Below are positions 1 to 14,052 of a DNA stretch of 64,000 nt, piece by piece. A model generated the notes under the pieces. The model was not told the DNA's origin. It searched no databases and was given only the letters and a program-made list of their open reading frames with translations. Position 1 is the stretch's first letter. Every line of letters begins with the position of its first letter. The stretch lies in assembly GCF_009914755.1 (NCBI RefSeq), contig NC_060930.1. The stretch is one strand, 5' to 3'. Source of the DNA: the human T2T-CHM13v2.0 reference genome, Homo sapiens. The position numbers and the translations under genes were made by a program.

Positions 1-424
1 ACTTCTAGAAAAAAGATTGACTGCCTTATAACCATGATACAAGTAGCAATCCAGACCAGTTTTAACCTATTTATTCAAAAAGTAAAAACTGTTCTCATTG
101 AGCATGCTTTTGCACACCAACCAGTTACAGCACCTTGTTTATCAAAATTAGCTAATCACAGTCTCACTCCAACAGATACCCCTCTAAGTGCTAACCAATC
201 AACAACAGTCTTATCTAAATAATGTACTTCTACAGATGATGCTATCCCACTTATTCTTTTGAAAGCCCACAAATCCCTGAACTCTCTATATTTTTTTAAA
301 TCTGTATAAGATGGCAGTCTCTTCTCCTCAGAGAGACTCTACCTAAATAGGATAGCTCCCCTTAATATAATGAGCAATAAATGTAGCATTCTGTTTTTAT
401 TTCAGATAGATAGAGATCCTTTGA
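1..424 (+). mobile_element. Old ERV1-class LTR remnant, 3' part (MER67-like)
   Basis: LTR-like order of a TATA-like tataag (~305), AATAAA (~376) and an end 'gatcctttgac' resembling a ...TTTGACA terminus; family from recalled similarity only. Confidence 0.35.
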
Positions 425-450
425 CCATCCTGTCATTTATTTTTATGTTC

Positions 451-520
451 ATTTTACACAGTAAAAAAATGAGGATCAGAAAATATAAGTGACTTAATAG
501 CAGTTGCAGTGATAATATTA
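451..520 (-). mobile_element. MIR core fragment
   Basis: attttacacagtaaaaaaatgaggatcagaaaatataagtgactt resembles the reverse MIR core attttacagatgaggaaactgaggctcagagaggttaagtgactt. Confidence 0.55.
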
Positions 521-1779
521 GATCAATATTAGAATATTAGAATATTGACTATACTCACTCCAATTATTATTATTTAATCATTATAAAATATTAATATAGG
601 TATGTCCTTAATAAATGCACTTTATCTAGAATACTTAAAGCAGGGTGTCTACCCACCAAATAGTTTAAGAGCATGTAAAACAATAACATAAAGCAAGAGA
701 CATGCACTGAAGGAAATGCCAAGGAAACATGAAAAATAAAAAAATAAAATAAGACATCGAAATTAGAAGTGAGTATATCTGTCATAAAAATAAATATATG
801 AGATTTAAACCGGTTTTTCTTAAATAACATTTGTAACCACAGAATATTCATTATTCTGAATATAGATTTATATTAACTTGCATTAAAATAAAATGGAAAA
901 ATAGGTAAAGCCAAAGGACAGAATGAAATAATAGATTCAAGCTAATATTAGTTTGAGATCATTAGATAATTTGTGTTGATACAACATAAAATCTCAATAA
1001 AGATGCTTGAAAGTGCATTCAAAACATCACACTGAAGGAAAATCTTTAAAATTTCAGTAGAAAACTCAAGATATGCATTTTGAACAAATTTTTACAAACT
1101 AATATGTGCAAAAATTGTAACTAACTGATAATTTGACATAATATATAAATTGTAAAAAGGGAAATGTCTAGATAATTTTTAATAAAAGTAATATTATAAT
1201 TGAGATTTTTATTGAACTTTTTGTTTGAACACGTTTATCTCTACTAATTCCACAATTCCAGTAAATAAAAGTGAGTGTATTTTTTAAAATAAATGCACAA
1301 AAATATAAAACTATGGAGCAGATTTGGCCGCAAATGAGAAATCTCAACCAGTTTATATAAAGGGAAGTAGATACACAATTAATAAATGACAAGAGGTTTA
1401 AATATATCTCTTTGTCTAACAAGTGTCTAAACAGGTGGTCAGGAGTTAGTAAAGAATAGTGCAAGAATCTTGTAGATTTCTTTCACAGAGTTCCCTAAAA
1501 ATGCCTGGTGATTCAGAGGCAGCACAGCTATCTGAAGGTATGTGCTCAAGAGAGAGATGCTTAGAAGAGGACTGTTTGAAACTGTACAAAGCGAATTGAT
1601 AAACTTCATCACTAGCTAGCTAAGGAGCTGCCCTCTTACACTCCTGCAGAAAAAAAGTTTATTCCCAAAAGGAAAGTTGAATAAGAAAGCCTCTGTCCTG
1701 GGGTCCACTAAACTCTGCTGCTGCTGATGTGACTTACTTCATGAAACTCTGTTTTTACACCCGGATATGGCTAACCACA

Positions 1780-2075
1780 GCAAGCAAACCAAAATTTAGA
1801 GTGCCTCTCGGGAAAACTGACCAGTCCAAGAGAAAAAGCCTACGGATACAGGTTTTGGGGTGGATGGAGATGCATTACCTTACATGAAGCAACCTGGTCT
1901 CATTTCAATGCGCCTAGTGAGTTTAAAGACTAATCAGTATATCAACTTTGTTTACACATTTGAGCTTCTTTTCAGCTTTTAATTCTTCATTTATAAGCAT
2001 GAGAAAATATCATCAAGAATCATCAGATGTTGAAAGAACACTCAAATAAAAAAGGCAGAAACTAAAATAAGAAAG
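1780..2075 (+). mobile_element. Ancient L1M/HAL1 5'-region remnant
   Basis: ggaaaactgaccagtccaagagaaaaagccta and caagaatcatcagatgttgaaagaa resemble ancient L1 5'/pre-ORF1 sequence; highly diverged. Confidence 0.3.
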
Positions 2076-3221
2076 ACTTACACTTAATTTGAATGGTGTA
2101 TTAATATGACAACTACATTCCTGCATTTATCCAAATAATAAGAATAATTAAATGATTAGAGACCTTACAACACAGATTTATAGCACACATTTTATATAAC
2201 ACAGCTAGAGAAATATCATCAAATGAATTTTCTACCTTTAGGAACTCTATTAAATTTCATTGCATAGATTATAGTCATTAAGACCTATTAAACTAAAGTC
2301 TCAAGAAAATATTTTTCTATTTTGACAAGTCCATGTTATTTATTATTGAATGATGTGTGAGGATGTTTATGTCAGCTTGGCTTGCAATATGCGTTATTCT
2401 CATTTGCAATCAATAACTTGACTGGCAGGCAACACCCAGAGAGAGAGATTGAGGATATTTAACTGCTTGCTTTGCCATGCCACATCATTTAACTTATCTT
2501 TCAAACCTCCCTAACATGACACAGAACAGAAAATACCATAGAACAGTATTTCATAATTAGATTCTTTTTACTTTTGATATTTCTGTTTTTATGGGAGGCA
2601 GTATATCTTGTTATAATATGTCATCCTTATGTCTTGGACGTATTTAAGATTTGTTTTCTTTTCTGCTTTCAAAGAAGGAGAGAAGGCAAGGAACATCTTC
2701 AACATAATTAAGAATCTGCAGACTCAAAAAGTCTTCCTGTAATTGCCAAGTGACAAGTCATAATATTTATTACTTTAGACATTCATCAGAACAATAATAC
2801 TGTTAGAAGAAAACTTTTTACATATCTTACACATTATTTTAATGCAATAGGTATCACTTTGTTTTGTTTTATCCACCCTTAACCCTGAACTCAATGCTGA
2901 TAATTTTATTTATTGAAAGTCAGTTTAGAATGTTTCCCCTCAGGAATTTGAACTTAAAAAAAGAATCTAGATGTCCAAAATCTCCTGTTTTAATATAACT
3001 TAGGGTTCATCACAGTTAACGAATATTTGGATTTCCATTAGAGGAATATGTCATAAATCAAACTACTCTAAATTATTATCTTAGTTAAATGAATGCAACC
3101 ATGGGAAAATTGTAATACATTATTATGGAAATTTGAAGAAATTCAGAAACAGAGAATCATGCCTCAAACTAGTAAACACAAAGGTACAAATAAAAATGCA
3201 ATCTGAATTAGTAGTATCTTA

Positions 3222-3630
3222 GCATTTCCATCACTACAACCTTAATTTAAATTATCATCCTTGTTTATCTAAATGACAGTAACATCCTCCCTGTTTCCTG
3301 TTTCAGTTTATCTACAGACCACCTTTCATCAGTAGCCAGTTTTTTAATATGTACATCAGATTATATTACTTCTTTCATGGAAACTGCCAATAGTTTTTCA
3401 TTAAATGTTAAGCAATATCTTTACTTGTTACCACGGCCTGTGAGGCTATACAGGAAATGGTCTTGATTTTCACCCTCCATCTTCTCCCTATTCATAAAGT
3501 ACATCCACTTTGGCCTTTTTTCTGGCTTTGTTTCACAGCATTTGTACTGGGTCTTCTTTCTGCATGGCTTTTTTCCTGTGATCTTAACATGATTGCTTCA
3601 GTTTCTTAGTTTGGGTCTGAATGCATATGT
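3222..3630 (+). mobile_element. L2 LINE 3'-region fragment
   Basis: Collinear L2 motifs: agtagccag...catcagattatattact, cttgttaccacggcctgtgaggct, ccactttggccttttttctg, catttgtactgggtcttctttctgcatgg. Confidence 0.65.
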
Positions 3631-6600
3631 TCATGCAATTAAGCAGTACAGTGGATAATAAACAATGTTGCAACAAAACAGCAGCATTGTTTACTGCCAC
3701 CATCAGCCAGTAGCTCAAGGAGAGTCACCTCTGCCTCACTTCTGCTCATCAAATTTCATGTGAGTGAAATAAACTGACAGTACCTAAATCACATCCAGAA
3801 TCCTAGTAGCAAAGGGTCGAGAGGTCACTTTAGCTTTACAACTTCTCTTACTAAAAACAGAAGGAAAAAGTTTTGTGCAAGCCAATCTAAGTCACAGATA
3901 TAGATACATTGATAGACCCATAGATATCATAGAGTACTATAGTAAAAACAATGATGCTTGGCTAAACATAGGGCTCTCAGATTAAGATCAGGTCTGTGGG
4001 TATTCTAGAAATATGCTCAGGACAATTCCTCCTTATTAGTTCGAAAAGAAGGCAACTGATTGATTTTATGCACAATAACTGCACTTTTGCTTGTATTTTC
4101 AGGTGTATTCAAGGAGGACAAAACCCAGCCTTTTGATACCAGACAAATATTATTCAGTTTATTGGGATGCGTTTCCTATCATTTTACTATCTAAAAGTTT
4201 CTAAACATGCTTGGGGATATTCTTGATTCTGTTCTCCTGTCAAGTTTGTAGCTTACTCGTAAAACCCCTACTCAAAGCCCTCTATATTTATGTCATTTTT
4301 TTAGAAATGCTTCAAGGATATAGAACATTTAATTATTTTCCCATTACAAATATTTACTAAGTGTCCACCTTGACTCAGACACTGTACCAGACCCTGGGCA
4401 CAGTCTGTCAGTAGAAGTGAAAAGTGAACTAGCAACTGCATTTTGTGTAGTTAATTCCACTTTATATATTTGCAAAAGCAAAGAAATGAAAAATCCACAT
4501 TGAATGGGAATTAGAGAGATTTGGTCAGGTAAAGGAGATATTTAACTTAGCTGCAAGTCCCTGAAGCTTACCAAGGAAGATCAAATATGAGGTGGAATCA
4601 TTATATATTTAGTTTCTACTCCAGTTATTAATACATGTTTTTTATGTAATTGAATTGGAATGCACTTGTGTATGGATGTATAGGGAAGATTATGTTTATA
4701 TGGGCTCACAGAAAGACAATAACTGTTAAGTGTCTCTAAGTCAATGTTCGTAAGTGGTCTTGGGAAGGATAAGATCCACAGTAGTTCTTCTTGACTCTAA
4801 AGTTGTCTATTTAAAGTTATACAAAGGTATACTCCCCAACTGGGTATTTCTAATTGGTTTCTCAGTCTCTCCTATTACCTGTGTAACCAGTTCTTACTTT
4901 AAATTCCCTCTGTTCTAAATACCCAAAATGGTTTATGTTTTAATAGTTGGATCTTGGCTGGTGTGGGCTACAAAGCATTTCTACAAACTTTCTGCTTATG
5001 TATGCTGCCACAGTTAAGTGATTTATCTCAGAAAATGCAGCGGAACACAATGCATAACCCTACTTACTATTAGATGCAAAGTGTGAAAGCTTTGACACAG
5101 AACCTCCTTCCATACTTCAAAACATCTGTGTGTTTATTGACTCCATCTGTGAAGAATGCACTGCAAGTCTGCCTCTATGTGATCAGATGTGGACAATCAT
5201 TGTGCAACCTGGACATTGGCTGATAAAACAAATCTACAAATGTTTCAACATGACAGATAACAACATGCCATGTCGGGTCATCAGGACCCTGATTTATTGC
5301 TTAGAAAATGAGAAAACTACTTGAAAAGCCTATAGAGGCTCCACTGCAGGCCTGGCAGAGCAGAAAGATAACATAATAAAATTCTTAGTCCTGCCACAGT
5401 TTTATCAAGAGGGTATACAACATTGATTAGCTTGACACTGATTATATGTACACACTTCATGAATACTGTGCCTAAATCCTACTGGCATCATGGCATTCAC
5501 TTATGAATACAGATATATTTTGTACAGACTACTTTTATGCTACCTTATCATAAAGAATTGGGTTTTATATTTAACAATATAGCCACATCAAACGTTGACC
5601 TCTTGACCAGATTCCTTGCCTGATCCTGGAACCCTGGACTACTGAAGATAACTGGTGCCCATACAGGCATTTAGTTGAATTCAAATTGTATCTTTTCATC
5701 CTTGCCTTTCTTAAAGCAAATATTTAATGCATCTTCCTCATGAGCTTTAGTTTCACAGCAGATCTTATCTCTCTGTACTTGGTAGGCTGGCTCTATTACC
5801 ACCTTTTCACTTGCCATTATTTTTCCTAGTATCTATCCCACTGTAAACACGGTTGTAAAATAATTAACTCTACAGTACAATGTTGTAATAACAGTACACA
5901 TTAATTTGAATTGAAAAAAGCACACAGGAAGTTTATTATTTACGTTAAAAATGGACTTTTATTAAATTTCCACTAATGTGACACTTCTCTATTTGTGTTT
6001 ACTTTTAAACACAATGCCCTTATCAACAGAGACTATAGCAATTTGCAGCACATCACTTAAATAAACAAAGCATTTTATCCTGGAAATTTTTATTTCCTAA
6101 TGCTGTTTTTTTTCTTCAGGCAGACTTGTGATTTTTTTGTTTGATAATTTTCTCTTCTGAATATGAAGCCTTATTGCTTGGCAAAATGTATTCTTCTCAA
6201 CTGCAGTTGTACAACCTAGTCAGCACACCTGTGTCTCACCATGGCAATGTCCTGAATAACATCGGAGTCTGCCTTTCTCCAGTTGTGGAGAGCTAGTAGT
6301 GTCCCATCCCTCACTCATTCCTAGCTACTTGTCCCTGGTCATGAGCTATTTCACTGGATTCTGCAGAGGAAAACAGGGCTCTGGTTTAGGACAAAATAGT
6401 ATCTAATGTACTGCACAATCACTGAGGTTTTTCTATATTCTATCTTTCCTCATCCAGTTTTCTAAAGCATTTCTATATTTATTCACTCTTTCAAATATAT
6501 AAAAAGATGGATGATAAACCCATATAAATATGTGCATGAGACTAAATAGGAACCATACAAATTAAGAAATTAAGAAAACAAAATAATGAAATCAACACAA

Positions 6601-6903
6601 AATAAAAATGGTAATACATATTACCTTTCAAATTGATAAATATTAAATAGTAATTATAATGGAAAGTCATAACAATGATACAGTAATAAACAATTTTTAC
6701 TAGGCTTGTAAGTTTAAAATATTTATGAAATCCTTTAAAAAATCTGCATAAAATATTTTTAAATGGCCAAATCCTTGTATTCACTTAAATCTTATTAAAA
6801 TATTTTAAAAAACATCCAACAATATATGGTCAAATATTTTTACAATATTAAAACTATAAACCACATGACTATTCAAATTAAAGAAATGCCTAATTAACTA
6901 GGG

Positions 6904-7088
6904 CAGAGCTACTTGAAGTATGGTGCTCAGATATTTGGCATCAGAGTAACCAGGAAAGTTTTATAATTGAAAATTCTTGGTCTTTACTACAGAACCACTG
7001 AATCAGAATTTAGAGGAGGGGTAAGGAATCTTTGTTTTAAGAAGCTTTCCTGAAGAATCTGAGGCATGCAAAGTTTGAAAAATATTAT
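6904..7088 (+). mobile_element. MER5A (hAT-Charlie MITE)
   Basis: cagagctacttgaagtatggt...actgaatcagaattt...aatctttgttttaagaagctttcc...aatctgaggcatgcaaagtttgaaaaa matches MER5A layout and ~185 bp length. Confidence 0.75.
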
Positions 7089-7298
7089 GCTAAAATACCT
7101 TTTAAAAATCACTTATCAAAAATTCTGTAGTAAATTAATATGTATTAAAATGTAAAAGGTTTTCTAGGCTTTACCTAATACCAAAGGGAACGGTTGTGTT
7201 TTTGTAAAAAGACATAAATATGCACAGAAAATATTATTGGAAAAGACAGATACTTAAATGAATAAGTCACAACTATTGTATTAAAAAATTGCAAAGTA

Positions 7299-8395
7299 CA
7301 AACCACAGAATAAGAGAAAATATTTGAAAACTACCCATCAGACAATAAATTAATAACCACAGTATATAAAGAGCTCAAACAACTCTACCGAAAAAAAATC
7401 TAATGATCTGATCAAAAAATGGGCAAAAGATCTGAATACACATTTCTCAAAAGAAAGACATACAAATGGCAAAAAGGTTTATGAGAAGGTGTCCAACATC
7501 ACTGATTGTCAGAGAAATGCAAATCAAAACTACAATGAATTATCATCTCACCTCACTTAAAATGGCTTTTATCCAAAAGACAGGCAATAACAAATGCTGG
7601 CAAGGATGCAGAGTGAAAGGAATCCCTCATGCACGAATGGTGGGAATGTAAATTATTACAACCACTATGAAGAATACTTTGAAGATTCCTCAAAAAACTA
7701 GAAATAGAGCTACCATATGATCCAGTAATCCTATTGCTAAGTACACTCCCCAAAGAAAAGAAATCAGTATATCAAAGAGATATCTGAACTCCTGTGTTTG
7801 TTGCATGTGAAGCTCTGTTCACAATAGCCAAGATTTGGAGCAACTAAGTGTCCATCAACTGATGAATGAATAAAGAAAAGGTGGTACATATACACAATGG
7901 AGTAGTATTCTGCCATGAAAAAAAAATGATACCCAGTCATTTGCAACAACATGGATGAAACTGGAGATCATTATGTTAAGTGAAATAAGCCAGGCACAGA
8001 AAGACAAACATCGCATGTTCTCACTTATTTATGGTATTTAAAAATCAAAACTATTGAACCCACGGAGACAAAGAGTAGAAAAATGGTTACTAGAGACTGG
8101 GAAGGATAGCAGTAAGGTGTGGGGGAGATAGAGATGGTTAATGAGTAAAAAAAATCGTTAAAGAATAAACCCTATTGTTTGTTAGCACAACAGGGTTACT
8201 ATAGTCAATAGTAACTTAATTTTACACATTAAGAAATTAAAAGAGTATAATTGGATTGTTTGTAACACAAAGCATAAATTATTGAGGAGATGGATACTCC
8301 ATTCTTCGTGATATAATTATTACACATTGCATGCCTCTATCAAAATATCTAAAGTACCCCATAAATATATGCACTTACTATATACCCACAAATTG
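7299..8395 (+). mobile_element. 5'-truncated LINE-1 3' end (L1MA1-3-like)
   Basis: ORF2 C-terminal remnant ([15 protein letters not shown]...GNNKCWQGC) followed by an L1MA-type 3' UTR ending gtaccccataaatatatgcacttactatatacccaca. Confidence 0.9.
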
Positions 8396-9897
8396 TTTGC
8401 AAAAACAAAAACCCAAAAATTGTTTACAAAGAAGTATTCTGTTAAGTAGAGTTAATGTAGAATAACAAAAAATTAAAGAATATGATAAAATTTACTTGCA
8501 CATGTGTGTGAACATTCTCTGGCTCACAAGGAAAGGATTCCTTTTTTCTACCATATTAGACTCCAATAAAATATGATTGATCCAGACTGAAAGTCTACAC
8601 CATTCCATCTGAAAACTCACTTTAAAAATAATGCTATGGGTAAAAGATGAGAACAGTAAGAACACGATTTATAAAAGAATTGAAGATTCTTATAATTAAT
8701 TAAATTTCTATTGAATATACCACATTACAGATTAAAACTAGACATCCCACCAAAAAATGAGTCCAATGAAAGGCTATGACTAGGGATTGTCTCTGTTCTA
8801 TGTAGAGTGCTATGAGGTAACAGAAAAGCTAGTTTTTCTGGCTTTAAGAATCAGACAGAATTTGGAGAAAGCAAAGGTATAAAAACGTAAAGAGGTCAAC
8901 CAAAAAAAAAAAAAGGCACTGACTGTGGACTCCAAATCATGTGCATAAAAACTAAGCTAAATCACTGGTTGACCCCAGAATTCCATGTACAGCAAAATAT
9001 CCTTCAAAAATGAAGACAAAATAAAGATGGCTGCACATGAAAGAAAACCAAGAATTTGTCATTAGCAGATGTACTTTAAAATGCATGTTAAAGAAAATTC
9101 CTCAGGTGAAGGTAAATAGTATCATATATAGAGAGAAAATCTAATCTTTCAAAAATGATAAAGATAGTTTATAATGGCAAATATCATTAACGAATTCTAT
9201 CAATCATTTATGGAATGAAAGCATCAATTTTATCCCGAATCTCTAAGAAAATACAGGACCAAGGAACACTTTTCAACTTATTTTATAGAGCCAATATAAA
9301 CCTAAATAGCAAAATGACAGAATTACACAGAAATATAAATAAAAGAATATTAACAATAAATATTTCTCATAAACATACACCCAATATGCTTAATAACTTA
9401 TTAGTAAGTCACATCTCTATATAGTACAGATACAGGACTTTTCTGAGAAATGAAAAGTTTATTGAAGATCCAAGGTACAAAAATTATAACTTATAAATTA
9501 ACACAATAAAAAAACTATACAATAATTCTCACAACCAGACAAAAAGCATTTGAAAAAATTTTTTATCCATTCATAATAAGAACTTCCAATTTGATTAAAA
9601 ACCCTAAAGGTGACATCAAACTTAATGACCAAATACTGAAAGCTCTTTCCCTAAGATCAGGAGAATGATAAGGATACCTCTTTCATTCAACTTTGTATTG
9701 CAGATATAAGACCATAGCAATAAGGCAACAAAAAGAAATAGAAGACATAAATATTGAAAAAGAAGAAGTAAACATATTATAAGATGGAGATGACATTATT
9801 GTTTATGCAGAAAATCTTAAACAATGTATAAAACTATTAGAACTAACACACAAATTTTACAAAATTGAAGGCTGCAAGGCTAAATTTTTAAAAAGTA

Positions 9898-10053
9898 GAT
9901 ATATATATACACATATATATGTATATATATAAACACACATATATATACATATATACACATATATACATATATGTATACATATATACATATGCATATATAT
10001 ACATATGTGTATATGTATACATATATGTATACATAGAGAGAGAGAGAGAGAGA
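9898..10053. repeat. (TA/CATA)n compound microsatellite followed by (GA)n
   Basis: Direct reading. Confidence 0.95.
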
Positions 10054-10324
10054 GTCATTCCTCAGTACCTCTGGGGGATTGTTTCCAGGAACATCTGCGT
10101 ATACCAAAATCAGCTCAACTCAAGTTGATTTTATGGAATCTGGGAATATTGAAGAAGTCAGCCCTCCATATATGTGGATTTCATATCCCTCAAATACTGA
10201 TTAGCTTTTTGTTGTGTATGTGGAGCTTCTTGATAAAAAGAACTGATTGTATTTATTACAAGAAAAATCCACTTATAAATGGATCTATATGCAGTTAGAA
10301 ACTGTGTTGTCCAAGGGTCAACTG
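10052..10324 (+). mobile_element. MER2-type TcMar-Tigger MITE
   Basis: Starts agtcattcctcagtacctctgggggattgtttccagga and ends aaactgtgttgtccaagggtcaactg, typical Tigger/MER2 termini. Confidence 0.8.
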
Positions 10325-10373
10325 AATATATTAGTGGCGAACAATTGAAAATTAAAATCATTGCAATACCATC

Positions 10374-10739
10374 TGTATTAGTCCTTTCTCACACTGCCAT
10401 AAATATACTACCTGAGACTGGGTAGTTTATAAACAAAAGAGCTTATATTGACTCACAGTTCCATATGGCTGGGGAGGCCTTAGGAAACTTACAATAATGG
10501 CAGAAAGTGAAGGAGAAGCAGGTACATTCTTCACAAGGTAGCAGGAGAGAGAGAGAAAACAGGGGAAACTGCCACTTTTAAAACCACCAGATCTCATGAG
10601 AACTCCCTCACTATCATGACAACAGCATGGGGGAAACTGCCCCCATGATCCAGTCACTCCCAACAGATCCCTCCCTCAACACATAAGGATTACAATTCAA
10701 GATGAGATTTGCATGGGGACACAGAGGCAAACCACATCA
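10374..10739 (-). mobile_element. THE1 (THE1D-like) MaLR solo LTR
   Basis: tgtattagtc...acctgagactgggtagtttataaa...ttcaagatgagattt...aaccacatca; TG..CA ends; exact 5-bp TSD ccatc at 10369-10373 and 10740-10744. Confidence 0.92.
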
Positions 10740-13574
10740 CCATCTAACAACAAAATACGAATAAATTTAACATAGGATGTTCAGGAACTCTGTGCTGAAA
10801 AATACACAACATTGCTGAGAGAAATTGGGTAAAATCTAAATAAATGTATGTAGAGATATATCATAACCATAGATCAGGAGACTCAATACTGATAAGATGT
10901 CAATTCTCCTAAAATTGATTTGAAGATTCAAAGTATTTTCAATCAAATCCCCAGGAGGATTTCTGAATGGGAATACATTGCATGAAACAGGCATGCTGAG
11001 CCTAAATTTTACATGGAAATGCAAAGAGGGTAGAAGAGACAACAATATTAAAAAGGAAACAAAGCAGATGAATTTACTACCTAATTTCAAGACTTACCAT
11101 GAGGCTACAGTCATCAAGACAATGTATTATTGACATAAGAAATGACAAATAGATCTCTGGAACAAAATAGAAAAGCTAGAAATAAACCCACACTTACACA
11201 CTGATTTTTATCAGAGGCACTAAAGCAACCCACACATAAAAAGAGAGAGTGATCTTATTTTTATTTTCATGTCTCATATTTGGAAAAATATTTAGGGATA
11301 CAGTAAAATAATTTCTATAATACCTTATGACAGGGAGAATTAGGACAGTTAATTTGGAGAATAATGGGTATTATTTAGTAACAAAGAATAGACCTATCAT
11401 GGATGATACACAGTAAGCACATGACAGCGATTTCCTCTGAGGCTGAAGAGAGTGAAAATGCACCTGTCAGTGATGGAGGAAATTTTCCAAAGGGCCTTAT
11501 TTATCTATACAGCTCTTTGTAAAGGAGAATGCATGCATATATTAGAATATTTTAAATGTTTGTATGGTAAAAATAGACTGGAAATAAATATTAAGTTGTT
11601 CATTCTACTAAAGGAAATAGGTGTGTTTGTTGACTATTGATACTTTTTCTGTATTTCTGCATTTTAAATATGATACCACAGTCAAGGCTTGCAATTGCAG
11701 CAGCCAGTCCTCAAAAAGAATACATTCTGTTGTGTTTACGACTTTTTCAGGTCCTATTTCATTTCTCAAGTCCAGGAGCTTTTCCCAAGCCTCAACTGTC
11801 AATGCTTAATTCTCAGATCTCTCACTCTATGTAAACATTCTAATCCTATTACAAAAATGGGACTTACTTTAATCCTCTTGTATCAGGCATTCAATAACCT
11901 AGACTATCCCTGCATAGGAGTTTCTCCTTGCAAAGGGCTTCCTCTAGAGACAGCAGTTACTCAAGCTCATGTATCTTCTCCTTTTCTTTTATTCTTCACA
12001 GCACTTCAAGAGTGGGGTCCTTTTATCTCTCCATTACAGTTAATGATTTATCATTCTCTGCATCAGTGCAATCCTGTGATAACTAAACTCTAGTGTGTTT
12101 TACCCAAACTAGATAGAATCCACAGTATGATCAATCTGTCTTTAGAAATTACAGTTCTCATTCATCCCCTGAATAAATCCAGAGCTTTAGATATCTGGCG
12201 GTAACTTGGCCAAACTGCTTCTTCTGGCTGCTTTTTGTAGGCATTCAGGGTAGGTCCCAGTGTGGGTGGGATCAGTTCTTATAATTGACTGAACTCTTTC
12301 TCCATCTTTATCACTTCACAAATAGGTAATTCTCAGTATTTTAGGATCAATCCTTTTCACTGCATCACGAGTTTGTTAAGATTTCCTTAACGTACATAAT
12401 AAAATAAACTGTAATTTATTACATTTTTTAAAAGAATCTAATTTAAATTATATGTCATTGCTCATATTTACACACATTACAGACATAGTTAAGAAAAATG
12501 GCTCTGTCCCCTTAATCATCGTGCTCTATTACCTGCCAGTCTTTGTCTGTGCCTAATGCTGTCTTCCTCACACACTGTTCTGTGGCAGAATCATTACTTT
12601 CTATGTATTAGAGATTTGATAATGACTGCAGGGACTCCTCAGGTTCTCTAGCTGTTAATGCTTAGTGTTCACACTTCCACTCTCCTCGCTTTCAAGGTAT
12701 TTTTATATGTAGAAATAATATTTTTGCTAACAACTACTGAAACCCTGTGCGGTACTGGGACATAAGTAGACTTACTATTTTTCTTACGATTTTCAAAACT
12801 ACCTGCCCTCTATTATTCTGAGAATGAATTTTCCCTGTGTTACTCTCTGTTGCAGTGCTCTGATGATTTTTCTTTTTCTCTGAGTTCTGTTACGGATGGT
12901 AAAGATTATTCAAGAAATGGTTTTATTAGATTTGGAGAAGAAGAATGTTCACATTTAGAAATGTCAGAGTTGCCACTGGTGTATAAAATGTCATTGATTA
13001 TATGATAATACTATTTATGTCAGAATTAAGCATAGTTTGCCTGGCTTAAGTGGCCTATAGTTTTATAGTTTAACATGATTTGTTAAGTGTAACAAATTCT
13101 TTTAAACAAACCTTACCAATGTCCTACTACTTATTGAAATTCTAAAAATCCTTTCATTTACAAGTTTAAATTATACTCCATGGACCTCTTCTTGATTCCC
13201 TTTTGGAATTAATTTGTTTTTCCTCTGTATATACATAAAATGCTGTTATTTCAATAGAAGTACTTGCTTCTGTACATATGGAATTAATAGTTTGTTATTT
13301 GCATTTTTTTAAAAAAGTACTGTCCTCTTCCAATTATGAGCCTCATTTATGACAGAAGCTTTCATCTTACCTCTCTCGTTATGCAACATATTTAAAATAA
13401 TTGACAAGATATTTTTGACAATTCAGTTTTTTATAAAATATATCACTTAATTATATTTTAAATAAAATATAAATATAAAATAATTTAAATATACAACTAG
13501 ATTAATTTTTTACATTAAGGTTGAGATATCAGTATTATAGAAAACCCAGTCTGTCATCTTGTCATTGTTTTTTA

Positions 13575-13722
13575 AAATTATATAAATGAAATCATAAAGT
13601 ATGTATTCTTTTGTGGATTAATTCACTCAATATATTTTATGTGAAATGCATAGTTCTTATTGCATATATTCATTTTATTTCATTCATTGAAGTGTAGTAC
13701 TTCATTGTGTGAATACTCCACT
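13575..13722 (-). mobile_element. L1ME/L1MC 3' fragment
   Basis: tatataaatgaaatcataaagtatgtattcttttgt...gtgtagtacttcattgtgtgaatactccac. Confidence 0.6.
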
Positions 13723-13756
13723 TTTTATTTCTTACAAAGAAGCTTTTTTGTGGTCC

Positions 13757-14051
13757 TGTTACCATTTCTGCTGACTACATCCTGGGTTACACTTTTATTA
13801 CTTACTTGAGTCCATTGAGACACAACACTCACACACACGAGTTACTTCAATGAGGCTTATTACTCATAGATAAGCAGCAAGAGACTACAGAGGCCTAGGA
13901 CTTATGATGAGCTAGTCCCTTAACATTCAGGGAAGCTGTCTAGGGCAGATGTAGTCTCAGCTGCTCCACTTGTACGGCAATTAAGGGATCTTAGAAAACA
14001 GTCCACCTTGGGTTTTATATTCTGAGGACAACATGGCAGACTTGACTAAAG
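13757..14051 (-). mobile_element. ERVL-class LTR fragment (MER73/74/54-like), truncated at the L1PB tail
   Basis: Starts tgttacc; gagacacaacactcacac motif, reverse poly(A)-signal-like cttatt and reverse TATA ttttata. Confidence 0.5.
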
Positions 14052-14052
14052 C

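Larger units (their letters stand above)
8975..11240 (+). mobile_element. Fragmented old L1M (ORF1 end and ORF2 pieces), interrupted by a microsatellite, MER2 and a THE1 LTR
   Basis: cagcaaaatatccttcaaaaatgaag (ORF1 C-terminus), gatgacattattgtttatgcagaaaatc (RT DD region), taagatgtcaattctcctaaaattgat, tttcaagacttaccatgaggctacagtcatcaagacaatg. Confidence 0.75.

Noticed and set aside
9880-10128. Tyr/Ile-rich ORFs, also at 14283-14695 and 61172-61456
   Set aside because: Translations of TA/CA microsatellites.
11608-12093. Cluster of overlapping ORFs up to 134 aa
   Set aside because: No recognisable protein similarity or splice context; consistent with chance or an old TE.
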